From Thermotogota bacterium (GTDB lineage Bacteria > Bipolaricaulota > Bipolaricaulia > UBA7950 > UBA9294): DNA of 11,685 bases. Position 1 is the stretch's first letter. Each line of letters begins with the position of its first letter. The notes under the pieces were generated by a model. The model did no database searches and was not told where the DNA came from. It saw only the letters and a list, made by a program, of their open reading frames with translations. Shown in pieces: positions 1 to 7,338 of the stretch. The stretch covers positions 1-11,685 of the forward strand of contig JBDKUT010000086.1 in assembly GCA_039679545.1 (NCBI GenBank), written 5' to 3'. The translations under genes were made by a program, and so were the position numbers.

Positions 1-128
1 ACGTCGTGCTCGGGAAGCGGCTCGACAACTCCCCGTATGAGCTCCACATCTTCTGCAGCGCCGCGTGCCCGAACCCCGAGGACCTCGTTCAGACCTACGG
101 CCCGGCGGACCGCCAACGGTCGGGGTAG
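1..128 (+). CDS. 3' end of an unidentified protein (partial, begins upstream of the window)
   Basis: The frame starting at base 3 reads VVLGKRLDNSPYELHIFCSAACPNPEDLVQTYGPADRQRSG and ends at TAG 126-128. Third codon positions are strongly G/C, as in the real genes here. No family recognised. Confidence 0.6.
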   Translation, partial: VVLGKRLDNSPYELHIFCSAACPNPEDLVQTYGPADRQRSG

Positions 129-193
129 CAGCTCCTCGACGTGCAGGCGAGGAGGTCGCGACAGCGAAACCTGGACGGTTCCGGGTCTGGAGG

Positions 194-216
194 TACTCTC
201 TTGCCGCGGAAAGGAG
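194..216 (+). promoter_or_regulatory. candidate -10 box TACTCT (194-199) and SD AAGGAG (211-216) for the peptidase gene
   Basis: TANNNT hexamer in the intergenic gap. AAGGAG lies 7 nt before ATG 224. Confidence 0.45.
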
Positions 217-223
217 TCGTCCT

Positions 224-1516
224 ATGAAGCTCGCCGTCCATCGTATCCCGGGTCTTGTCCTGACCGACCATCGATTCGTCGTTCCGCTCGACCACGGCAA
301 GCCGCGCGGGGAGAAGATCTCGGTCTTCGCTCGTGAGGTCGCTGGGGCCGGGAGAGAAGACGCCCGTCTCCCATGGCTCGTGTTCCTGCAAGGCGGACCC
401 GGCTTCCCTGCGCCTCGTCCCGACGCAGCCTCGGGATGGATTAAGCGGGCGATCGCCGACTACCGGGTTCTCCTCCTCGATCAGAGAGGCACCGGGAAGA
501 GCTCGCCTGTCACGGCGTCGTCGCTCTCGCGCTTCGCAAACGCGCAGGTGCAATCCGATTACCTGGCTCACTTCCGGGCTGACTCGATCGTCGCGGATGC
601 GGAAGCGGTTCGACGCGAGTTGGTCGGGGACGGCGAGCCGTGGACCGTCCTTGGCCAGAGCTACGGCGGGTTCTGTGCCCTTCACTACCTCTCCGTCGCT
701 CCCGAAGGGCTCGCGGCGGCCTTGTTCACGGGCGGACTCCCCCCGATCGACCGGGCAGTTGACGACGTCTACCGAGCCACCTATCGCACCGTAGTGGAGA
801 AGAACGCTCTCTTCTACGAGCGGTATCCGGAGGACGAGGCTGTGGCACGTCGGATCGCCGACCATCTCGCTGCGTCCGACGTACGCTTAGCCGATGGGGA
901 TCGTCTGTCGCCCCGTCGGTTCCAGCAGCTCGGAATCGATTTCGGCGCAAGCAACGGATTCGAGCGCGTGCACTACCTGCTCGAGGACGCGTTCCCCGAT
1001 GGGGAGGATGGAACGGAGCTCGGCTTCTCGTTCCTCGCGCACTTCGACCAGGCGTTCTCGTTCCAGACCCACCCGATCTATGCGATCCTGCACGAGCCCA
1101 TCTACGCCCAAGGAAGCGCGACGCGCTGGGCGGCGGAGCGGGTCCGCGCCGAGTTCCCTCAGTTCGACGCCTTGCGCCCCGGTCGCGTCTTTTTCACCGG
1201 CGAAATGATCTACCCATGGATGTTCGAGGAGTACAAAGAGTTGCGCCCGTTGCGCGCGGCGGCCGACCTCCTCGCCGAGCGATCCGATTGGCCCGACCTC
1301 TACGATCGCACCTCCCTGGGAAGGAATGAAGTTCCATGCGCTGCCGCCATCTACGTGCACGACATGTACGTGGAGCGTGCCTTCTCGGAGGAGACCGCGG
1401 CGGCCGTGCGGGGGATGAAGACGTGGATGACGAGCGAGTACGAGCACAACGGCCTTCGCTTGGACGGCGAACACGTCCTCGGACGGCTCCTCGACCTCGC
1501 ACACGGCCTGGCGTGA
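224..1516 (+). CDS. pip: proline iminopeptidase-like alpha/beta hydrolase (peptidase S33), 430 aa
   Basis: Motifs LQGGPG (oxyanion), LDQRGTG, GQSYGG (nucleophile elbow), DMYV and EHNG (Asp and His of the triad). Start moved from 65 to ATG 224 because of the SD AAGGAG. Confidence 0.9.
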   Translation: MKLAVHRIPGLVLTDHRFVVPLDHGKPRGEKISVFAREVAGAGREDARLPWLVFLQGGPGFPAPRPDAASGWIKRAIADYRVLLLDQRGTGKSSPVTASSLSRFANAQVQSDYLAHFRADSIVADAEAVRRELVGDGEPWTVLGQSYGGFCALHYLSVAPEGLAAALFTGGLPPIDRAVDDVYRATYRTVVEKNALFYERYPEDEAVARRIADHLAASDVRLADGDRLSPRRFQQLGIDFGASNGFERVHYLLEDAFPDGEDGTELGFSFLAHFDQAFSFQTHPIYAILHEPIYAQGSATRWAAERVRAEFPQFDALRPGRVFFTGEMIYPWMFEEYKELRPLRAAADLLAERSDWPDLYDRTSLGRNEVPCAAAIYVHDMYVERAFSEETAAAVRGMKTWMTSEYEHNGLRLDGEHVLGRLLDLAHGLA

Positions 1517-1522
1517 CCTTCG

Positions 1523-1541
1523 GCGCTACGGGAAGTAGCGC
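1523..1541. terminator. hairpin at the convergent gene junction
   Basis: GCGCTAC-GGGAA-GTAGCGC is a perfect 7-bp stem just after the pip stop and overlapping the stop of the opposing gene. No U-tract. Confidence 0.3.
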
Positions 1542-2176
1542 AGGTAGCCCGAGACGGTCGGCAGAACGAGGAGGCTGTCGGTTAGGCGGCCGATGGGATC
1601 GGTGAAGGCCGTCGTGTCTACGAGGATGGGCTGCAAGGTCACGTGGGTTTCGAACTCCGCGCTCGAGATCGGCGCAACCGTCAGGCTTGCGGAAAGCGCT
1701 GGAAGTCCGGAGAACGGCATGATCCTCCACCCATCACCGGGGTTCGCGATGGTCACGGCCGGGAACGATAGACCGATCTCGCCGCTGAGCGGCTGAACGA
1801 TCGCTCCGTGGACAGTTGCGCGTGCGAACGACTCGACGATGGGAGCCAGCAGCTTCTGGTCCTGGTTGAACGACCACAGGGCCGTGACGCCGACGCCGGC
1901 GGAGAACCGGGCCGTCACATCGTGACGGTATTCGGCGATGGTCCCGAGCGCGGTGGGAGCACTGTCGACGACGACCGTGCATTCGACCGAATCGGCCGTG
2001 CCGAGTTGCGTGATTCCGGACACCGACAGCGAGAGATCCCAAACGCGCCGGCCCTCGACGCGGTCGATGGTCGGGGTGAGGTGGACACCGAGCGACACGG
2101 AGCCCAACCCCACGGCCCCCCCGGCGTAGCTTGTGGCGAGGAGAACGATGAACGAAACCCAAAGAACCCTACGCAT
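1526..2176 (-). CDS. hypothetical exported protein, possible outer-membrane beta-barrel, 216 aa
   Basis: N-terminal signal peptide (MRR, hydrophobic core, SYA or GGA cleavage region), purine-rich SD-like GAGAAGGGGG upstream, repeated alternating hydrophobic/polar segments and an aromatic C-terminus GYLRYFP. Confidence 0.7.
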   Translation of the reverse strand: MRRVLWVSFIVLLATSYAGGAVGLGSVSLGVHLTPTIDRVEGRRVWDLSLSVSGITQLGTADSVECTVVVDSAPTALGTIAEYRHDVTARFSAGVGVTALWSFNQDQKLLAPIVESFARATVHGAIVQPLSGEIGLSFPAVTIANPGDGWRIMPFSGLPALSASLTVAPISSAEFETHVTLQPILVDTTAFTDPIGRLTDSLLVLPTVSGYLRYFP

Positions 2177-2395
2177 TCTTCCCCCTTCTCTTCACCCGAC
2201 GTTCCCGCTGCGACTTCCTCCACCTCGCACGCGAGAACGTACGTGACGCACTCTACCCGATCCATGCGCCAAATCGAACTGGCGGGGCCGAACGAGTGGC
2301 GCGACGGCGGACTCTGAACCGAGGTGTGGTTGAACCCGACGCGTCGTGGGCCGACACTGGAGATTCGGAGAGCGCGAGGTGAAGTGAGGGTCAGC

Positions 2396-2803
2396 ATGGC
2401 CAAGAAGGCAAGCGGAGGGTGGCGTACCTGGATCGCGCGCGTGGCTCTGGGGCTCGCTCTTGGCGCGATCGGCTGGATGTCCCTCCGCCCCGTGGGTGAC
2501 ACGACTCTTGACCGGGTCGTACGCGCATCCGGGAACGGCTACCTCCACCTGCCGGCGTATGCAATTCTTGCGGCCCTCTTCGTCCTCGTGCTCGGCCGAT
2601 CTCCCTACCGCATCCTCACGTCGGGAATCGCGGCTACGGCCTACGGCTGGGCGCTGGAGGTCGTGCAGCTCGCAGTGCCGACGCGGCACTTCAACGTTCG
2701 TGGCCTCGCGTTCGACGCGATCGGGGCCGGCTTGGCGTGCCTCGTCATCCTTGTCCTTCGTTTGTGGGTCCATCCCTGCCGATCGAGTTCGGTGCGACGA
2801 TAG
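2396..2803 (+). CDS. VanZ-family membrane protein, 135 aa
   Basis: Four hydrophobic segments with H-x-x-AY (HLPAYAILA), YG-x-x-x-E-x-x-Q-x-x-VP-x-R and AFDAIG, which are typical of VanZ-like proteins. ATG 2396 follows GAGGG. Confidence 0.8.
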   Translation: MAKKASGGWRTWIARVALGLALGAIGWMSLRPVGDTTLDRVVRASGNGYLHLPAYAILAALFVLVLGRSPYRILTSGIAATAYGWALEVVQLAVPTRHFNVRGLAFDAIGAGLACLVILVLRLWVHPCRSSSVRR

Positions 2804-2806
2804 CTC

Positions 2807-2848
2807 ATCCCTGCAGCGTCGCGGGATCTGCGGACGGGGCGGCGTCCG
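2807..2848. terminator. GC-rich hairpins between the convergent VanZ and MFS genes
   Basis: ATCCC...GGGAT and CGGACG-GGGCGG-CGTCCG (2831-2848) lie in the 52-bp gap between the two stop codons. No U-tract. Confidence 0.3.
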
Positions 2849-2855
2849 GGGAGAG

Positions 2856-4091
2856 CTACGAAACAGGTGCGCTCCGCGAGAAGAATCGGTGGGTCAGCGC
2901 CGATGCAGCGAGGTAGCAGGTGATCGTGAGCGCGTAGATCGGCGAGAACCCCGGGCCCTGCTGGAGGAGTCCGCCGGCCCACGAGCTCAGCGCTCGGCTT
3001 CCCTGCGAACTCATGACCAAGAGTGCGTTGGCGGTCCCTCGTCTCTTCTCGTCTACCTGATCCATGGCGAATGCCGAGTAAAGGGGATGCCCCATGTTCA
3101 TCAGACCGGCCCGAGCGAGAAACCCGACCGAAGCGAGAGGGAGGGACGGAACGAACCCGAGGACCGCGAGGAATGGGATCGAAAGCACCTGCGTCAGAAC
3201 AACCGCTCGCACCCGCCCAAGTCGTGCAGCAACGGCCGGGCCGGCGAGCGTCGCCAAGCCCATCGCAACGGCTTGGAGCGCGAAGAGGACGCCGAGCAGG
3301 CTGTCGGAGACCCCGAAGCGTACTTTGAAGAACACGTTCAGAAAGGGGACGAGGGCTCCGGCCCCGATGCCGATAACGGCCTGCGGGACGAACAGCTTGG
3401 TGAGGACCGCGATCTCGACGCGCGAGAGGCGCCCCATGGAGTGAGAAGGAGTCTTTTCGGCGTTCCTCAGTACGAGGGGACGACGGACGCGAAGGAGGGG
3501 AAGCAGGGCGAGGAGAAAGATGGCCGCGGAGAGCAGGAGCGTGGCTCGATAGGCCGCGGGGGACTCCGAGCCCACGTGGAGGAGGCGAGCGAACTGAGCG
3601 GGCAGGAGACCCGCGCCGAGCGAGCCGAAGAAGCTGGCGAAGAGGCGCACCGCGAACTGCACGCTGAATAGGTGGGTCCGCTCGAACGGGCGGCTGTTCT
3701 CCGCGACGAACGGGGCGTTGCTGACGTCGAGCAACGCCTGCATAACGCCGAGACCGAGCGCGAAGATGATGAGGCCGGCAGCCGTGGGGACGGCACACGC
3801 GCCGATCAGAGACAACGTGAGAATGACGGTTCCGAGGAGGAGCGTGCAGCGGTAGCCGACCCTGCGCCCGAGCATCCCGGCGGGAATGGCAAGCACAGTG
3901 ACGACGACGAGCGGAAGAGCGAGGAGAAGCCCGAGAAACGCGGGGCTGTGCCCCAGAGAGAGGACGTACAGGTTGTAGAACAGGCCGTAGATTCCAAAAC
4001 CGATGCCGCTCAGGAAGGTGTACACAAGATACCAGCGGGCATTGGTGTTGAAACCACGTACCTGCGCGGCGTAATCCCGGGCAAGAGGCAT
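2856..4091 (-). CDS. MFS transporter, 411 aa
   Basis: About 12 hydrophobic helices in two halves, with motif-A-like loops AGMLGRRVGYR and AVAARLGRVR. Confidence 0.9.
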   Translation of the reverse strand: MPLARDYAAQVRGFNTNARWYLVYTFLSGIGFGIYGLFYNLYVLSLGHSPAFLGLLLALPLVVVTVLAIPAGMLGRRVGYRCTLLLGTVILTLSLIGACAVPTAAGLIIFALGLGVMQALLDVSNAPFVAENSRPFERTHLFSVQFAVRLFASFFGSLGAGLLPAQFARLLHVGSESPAAYRATLLLSAAIFLLALLPLLRVRRPLVLRNAEKTPSHSMGRLSRVEIAVLTKLFVPQAVIGIGAGALVPFLNVFFKVRFGVSDSLLGVLFALQAVAMGLATLAGPAVAARLGRVRAVVLTQVLSIPFLAVLGFVPSLPLASVGFLARAGLMNMGHPLYSAFAMDQVDEKRRGTANALLVMSSQGSRALSSWAGGLLQQGPGFSPIYALTITCYLAASALTHRFFSRSAPVS

Positions 4092-4098
4092 GGCGCGG

Positions 4099-4104
4099 AT
4101 TATA
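4099..4104 (-). promoter_or_regulatory. consensus -10 box TATAAT 7 nt upstream of the MFS start codon (probable leaderless promoter)
   Basis: The minus strand reads CCG-TATAAT-CCGCGCC-ATG, and there is no SD upstream. Confidence 0.7.
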
Positions 4105-4130
4105 CGGCTGTTCGCAACCGGCGCCGCGAT

Positions 4131-5066
4131 CTACTTGTCGAGAACCGCGGCGTGGAGGAGGCGGAGGAACCCGTCGCGCGACGCGTCGAGCACAACGTCG
4201 ACGTTCGGATTCCTCCCCGTGACGCGGAGATGGTCGACGACCGACTGCCCCCGAGTTAGCTCACTTCCTGTCTCAATGTCGACCCGCAGCGTCTTGACGT
4301 CGGTCGCGATTGAGGGGTCGAGAGCTACGGCCATGGCGATCGGGTCGGGCAGATCGAATCCCTCCTGCTTGAGGTAGTGAATGCCGAACTCGCGCAGCCT
4401 TTTCTGAATGTCGATGCAGAACTGACCCAACCCCGAGCTTCGACGAAGTGGCTCCGCCTCGGCGGCCGTGAACGTGGCCCGACGATGCGAGACGTCCCAA
4501 CCGACCATGCAGAGAGGCAACCCGGACTCGAAAACGATCTTCGCCGCCTCGGGGTCGACCCACAGGTTGTACTCCGCGGCGGGAACGATGTTTCCATGAC
4601 CGAAGCCGATTCCGCCCATGACGACGCACCGCTCGACCCACTCGGCGATGCGGGGCTCCCGAACGAGAGCGACAGCGAGGTTCGTCAGCGGGCCGAGAGT
4701 CACGAGGGTCAGCGTCCCCGCAAGGCGCCGCGACGTCTCCACGAGAACATCGACCGCGTGGCCCTCCGCGGGGCGGCGGCCCGAGAGAGGAAGCCCGATG
4801 TCGCCCATGCCGTCCTCGCCGTGGCAGAACTGGGCCGTCTGGAGCGGGCGGAGAAGGGGGCGTGCAACGCCGCGGTAGACGGGAACGCACCGCTCACACC
4901 GCTCGACCGTGTAGAGAGCGTTCTGCACTCCCTGGTCGAGAGGCACGTTGCCCGCGACCACGGTGATCGCCTCGACCTCGACGCCGGGGTGTCGAAGCGC
5001 CATGACGAGAGCGACAGCGTCGTCGGACGCTGTGTCGGTGTCGATCAGAAACGGTCGCTTGGACAT
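4131..5066 (-). CDS. nucleoside hydrolase (IU-NH family), 311 aa
   Basis: N-terminal DTDTASDD Ca-binding motif, plus GN, HGEDGMGD, LGPLTNLA, MGG and AEYNLWVDPEAA. SD AGGAGG lies 7 nt before the ATG. Confidence 0.95.
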   Translation of the reverse strand: MSKRPFLIDTDTASDDAVALVMALRHPGVEVEAITVVAGNVPLDQGVQNALYTVERCERCVPVYRGVARPLLRPLQTAQFCHGEDGMGDIGLPLSGRRPAEGHAVDVLVETSRRLAGTLTLVTLGPLTNLAVALVREPRIAEWVERCVVMGGIGFGHGNIVPAAEYNLWVDPEAAKIVFESGLPLCMVGWDVSHRRATFTAAEAEPLRRSSGLGQFCIDIQKRLREFGIHYLKQEGFDLPDPIAMAVALDPSIATDVKTLRVDIETGSELTRGQSVVDHLRVTGRNPNVDVVLDASRDGFLRLLHAAVLDK

Positions 5067-5073
5067 GAAGATC

Positions 5074-5160
5074 CCTCCTGCGCCATTCTAGCTCGGAGCG
5101 GCGGGCGATCCCTCACTCGGCGGGGTATTCTTGTCCGGTCGGCCGATGACGGAAGGAGAC
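5074..5160. promoter_or_regulatory. divergent promoter region for nucleoside hydrolase and osmC-like gene
   Basis: Minus strand has TAGAAT (5085-5090) followed by AGGAGG. Plus strand has TATTCT (5126-5131) followed by AAGGAG before ATG 5165. Confidence 0.55.
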
Positions 5161-5164
5161 TTCT

Positions 5165-5560
5165 ATGGAGATGCAAATTGGCTTCCCGGGCGGGAAACGC
5201 GTGGACGCGAGCTACAAGGGCTTTGTGGTGCGAACGGATCAGCCGCAGGCATCCGGCGGAGCGGGCTCGGCCCCCAGTCCGTTCGACTTGTTCCTCGCCT
5301 CGCTTGGAACGTGCAGTGGGTACTACGTTCTCGCCTTCTTGGAAAGGCGAGGAATCCCCGCGGACGGCGTATCCCTGACGCTTTCCATCGCGTGGGACGA
5401 AGCCGCGCATCGGGTCGGCAAGATCGAGATTCGCATCCGTCTTCCTCAGGACTTCCCCAAGGAGTACGTCGAGCCGTGTGTTCGAGCGGCGGGGCAGTGT
5501 GCGGTCAAGGCACACCTCGAATCGCCCCCTTTGGTGTCGGTCGTGGCCGAGCGGGTGTAG
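5165..5560 (+). CDS. OsmC-family protein, 131 aa
   Basis: TDQP-x-x-x-GG-x-GSAPSP-x-DLFLASLGTC and a second conserved Cys in QCAVK. SD AAGGAG. Confidence 0.9.
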   Translation: MEMQIGFPGGKRVDASYKGFVVRTDQPQASGGAGSAPSPFDLFLASLGTCSGYYVLAFLERRGIPADGVSLTLSIAWDEAAHRVGKIEIRIRLPQDFPKEYVEPCVRAAGQCAVKAHLESPPLVSVVAERV

Positions 5561-5639
5561 ACGGCCCCGTTGAATCCCCTTCTCCCTGTTGGGAGGGTCG
5601 GATACGATAGGGTATTTGCCGGGAGGGTTGGGAGGAGCC

Positions 5640-6077
5640 ATGGCGAGGCGGTCTTGCGTTGTGTTGCCCCGCGCCGCCCTTCTGGGTCTGCTCGTGCTTC
5701 TCTCTTGCCTTCTCTTCGGCTGCCGATCGAGCAAGGGTCCTGCCGAGTACATCTTCAGTCTTGCCGAAGTCTCCAGCGTCGAGGTTCGGAGGGTCGAGGA
5801 GTACCCGACACGCCTGTCCGCTGTCGTGAAAGGCGTGCTGCGGGACACATGCACCCGAATCGACTCGGTGAGGCAGGATCCGGTAAGCGGCAACAAGCTG
5901 GTTCTCACGGTGACGACCGAGCGTCCGGTGGTCCAAGTCTGCGCGCAGGCGGTAGTGCCTTTCGAAATAACGGCCCCACTCCTGCTGGAGGGACTGCCGC
6001 CGGGGGAGTACTCGATCACGGCGAATAGCGTTTCCACGACATTCAAGTGGCATGGCAGTACGGCGATTCCCCAATGA
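5640..6077 (+). CDS. predicted lipoprotein with a small beta-rich two-Cys domain, 145 aa
   Basis: SD GGAGG before ATG 5640. Basic N-terminus, hydrophobic core and lipobox LFGC. The mature region has DTCT and VCAQAVVPF and ends in LPPGEYSITAN. Confidence 0.8.
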   Translation: MARRSCVVLPRAALLGLLVLLSCLLFGCRSSKGPAEYIFSLAEVSSVEVRRVEEYPTRLSAVVKGVLRDTCTRIDSVRQDPVSGNKLVLTVTTERPVVQVCAQAVVPFEITAPLLLEGLPPGEYSITANSVSTTFKWHGSTAIPQ

Positions 6078-6778
6078 ACGAAGCACGCGAGACGGACGGC
6101 TTGTACTCGATCGACTTCGACCTCGGGCCGACTCCGTCGTCGGTTCTGCCGGGGCTCGCCTGGGCAGAGGGGGTTCGCGTTCTACCGAGCGTTTCTCCTC
6201 CACCGTTTCTCGGCGACATCCTGGCCCGAGCTGGTCGGGCGGGGGAGAGGTTCGTGCCCCAGCCTGTGCGGGACGAGGTCCGCGCGATGCTGCGCTTTGG
6301 CCGGTACAAGCCAAGCGGACGAGGAAAGCCGGCGAGCGAGTTCCTCCTGCGTGCAGCCCTGGAAGGCGAGTTCCCGCTCGTCAACGGCCCCGTCGACGTG
6401 AACAACGCCGTGAGTCTCGAATCCGGGCTGCCGGCGTCGATCTTTGACGCGGACCTCTCGGGGCGTAGGCTTCGTCTTCGCCGTGGAGCGCCGGGCGAGT
6501 CGTACGTCTTCAACTCGTCCGGACAGGCGATCGACCTTGAGGACCTTCTCGTCGTATGCCGCCGCGTCGGGGACGCGTGGCAACCCTGCGGCAACCCCGT
6601 CAAGGACTCGATGGCGACGAAGATCCACGCCGGCACGGCGAACGTCATCGCTGTGTTGTACGCCCCGAGAAGCATGGCAGCGTCGGCGGTGAGTGGCTGG
6701 TGCGAACGCTTCGCGGAGCTCCTCTCGTTGCACTGCGGCGCCAGACGAGTGGGGTCTCGAGTTCGCCGTGACGCCTGA
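6074..6778 (+). CDS. stand-alone B3/B4 (PheRS beta editing-like) domain protein, 234 aa
   Basis: YKPSGRGKPASEFL and FPLVNGPVDVNNAVSLESGLPASIFDAD match B3/B4-domain motifs. ATG 6074 overlaps the upstream TGA (ATGA). Confidence 0.85.
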   Translation: MNEARETDGLYSIDFDLGPTPSSVLPGLAWAEGVRVLPSVSPPPFLGDILARAGRAGERFVPQPVRDEVRAMLRFGRYKPSGRGKPASEFLLRAALEGEFPLVNGPVDVNNAVSLESGLPASIFDADLSGRRLRLRRGAPGESYVFNSSGQAIDLEDLLVVCRRVGDAWQPCGNPVKDSMATKIHAGTANVIAVLYAPRSMAASAVSGWCERFAELLSLHCGARRVGSRVRRDA

Positions 6779-6793
6779 ATCCCACGCTCTCGA

Positions 6794-7297
6794 CTAGGCC
6801 CGGTACCGCTCCCAGTGCACGCGAGCCTCGTCGTACTGCGTGCGAGCGGGCTTCTGCTCCGCCGGGACTCCGACCGGAATGAGGGCGAAGAGGTAGAGGT
6901 CGTCGGGAACGCCTACGAGGGGTCGGATCCGGTCTTGGAGCACCTCATCAAGGCCGCACCACGTGGCTCCGAGTCCGAGGCTGGAGATCGCGATCAGAAG
7001 GTTCTCCGTTGCGGCCGCCATGTCCTGATCGAACCACTTGGATCCTTCCTTCTTTCCAAACGGGAGGATGATCGCTCCCGCTTCCGCGGCGAATCCGGCG
7101 TAGGGATGGGCCTTGGCGACCGCCTTGCGGGTTTCCCGATCCGTGACGACGACGAAGCTCCACGGCTGGAGGTTGCGGGCTGAAGGTGCAGCCATCGCGG
7201 CCTGGAGCGCAGCCATGATCTTCTCTCGTGGAACGGGATCCCCCGTGAACTGGCGGATCGAACGGCGCTGGGTGATCCAGCGAAGAGCATCGTTCAT
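6794..7297 (-). CDS. nitroreductase-family flavoprotein, 167 aa
   Basis: RRSIRQF, APSARNLQPWSFVVV and DMAAATENLLIAISSLGLGATWCG. SD AGGAGG upstream. Confidence 0.95.
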   Translation of the reverse strand: MNDALRWITQRRSIRQFTGDPVPREKIMAALQAAMAAPSARNLQPWSFVVVTDRETRKAVAKAHPYAGFAAEAGAIILPFGKKEGSKWFDQDMAAATENLLIAISSLGLGATWCGLDEVLQDRIRPLVGVPDDLYLFALIPVGVPAEQKPARTQYDEARVHWERYRA

Positions 7298-7332
7298 GAG
7301 TCGTGACCTCCTGTGCTACCGAGGAATCAAGC

Positions 7333-7338
7333 ATCTTA
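7333..7338 (-). promoter_or_regulatory. candidate -10 box TAAGAT for the nitroreductase
   Basis: TANNNT in a locally AT-rich patch 35 nt upstream of the ATG and upstream of the SD. Confidence 0.45.

Noticed and set aside
65..223. N-terminal extension of the peptidase ORF from GTG 65
   Set aside because: It overlaps the upstream CDS end and is low-complexity. ATG 224 has a strong SD and family-like sequence begins there.
2460..3798. Long ORFs 2460..3671 (+) and 2641..3798 (-)
   Set aside because: Arg/Pro/Gly-rich shadow frames of the MFS gene, expected in high-GC DNA, with no recognisable motifs.
4100..4113. GAAC-AGCC-GTAT on the minus strand as a LexA box overlapping the MFS -10
   Set aside because: The right half-site has two mismatches to GTTC and is explained by the TATAAT box itself. 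There is no matching site at uvrB.
4377..6314. Long ORFs 4377..5378 (+), 5045..6046 (-) and 5505..6314 (-)
   Set aside because: They are antisense to well-supported genes and have no domain signal.
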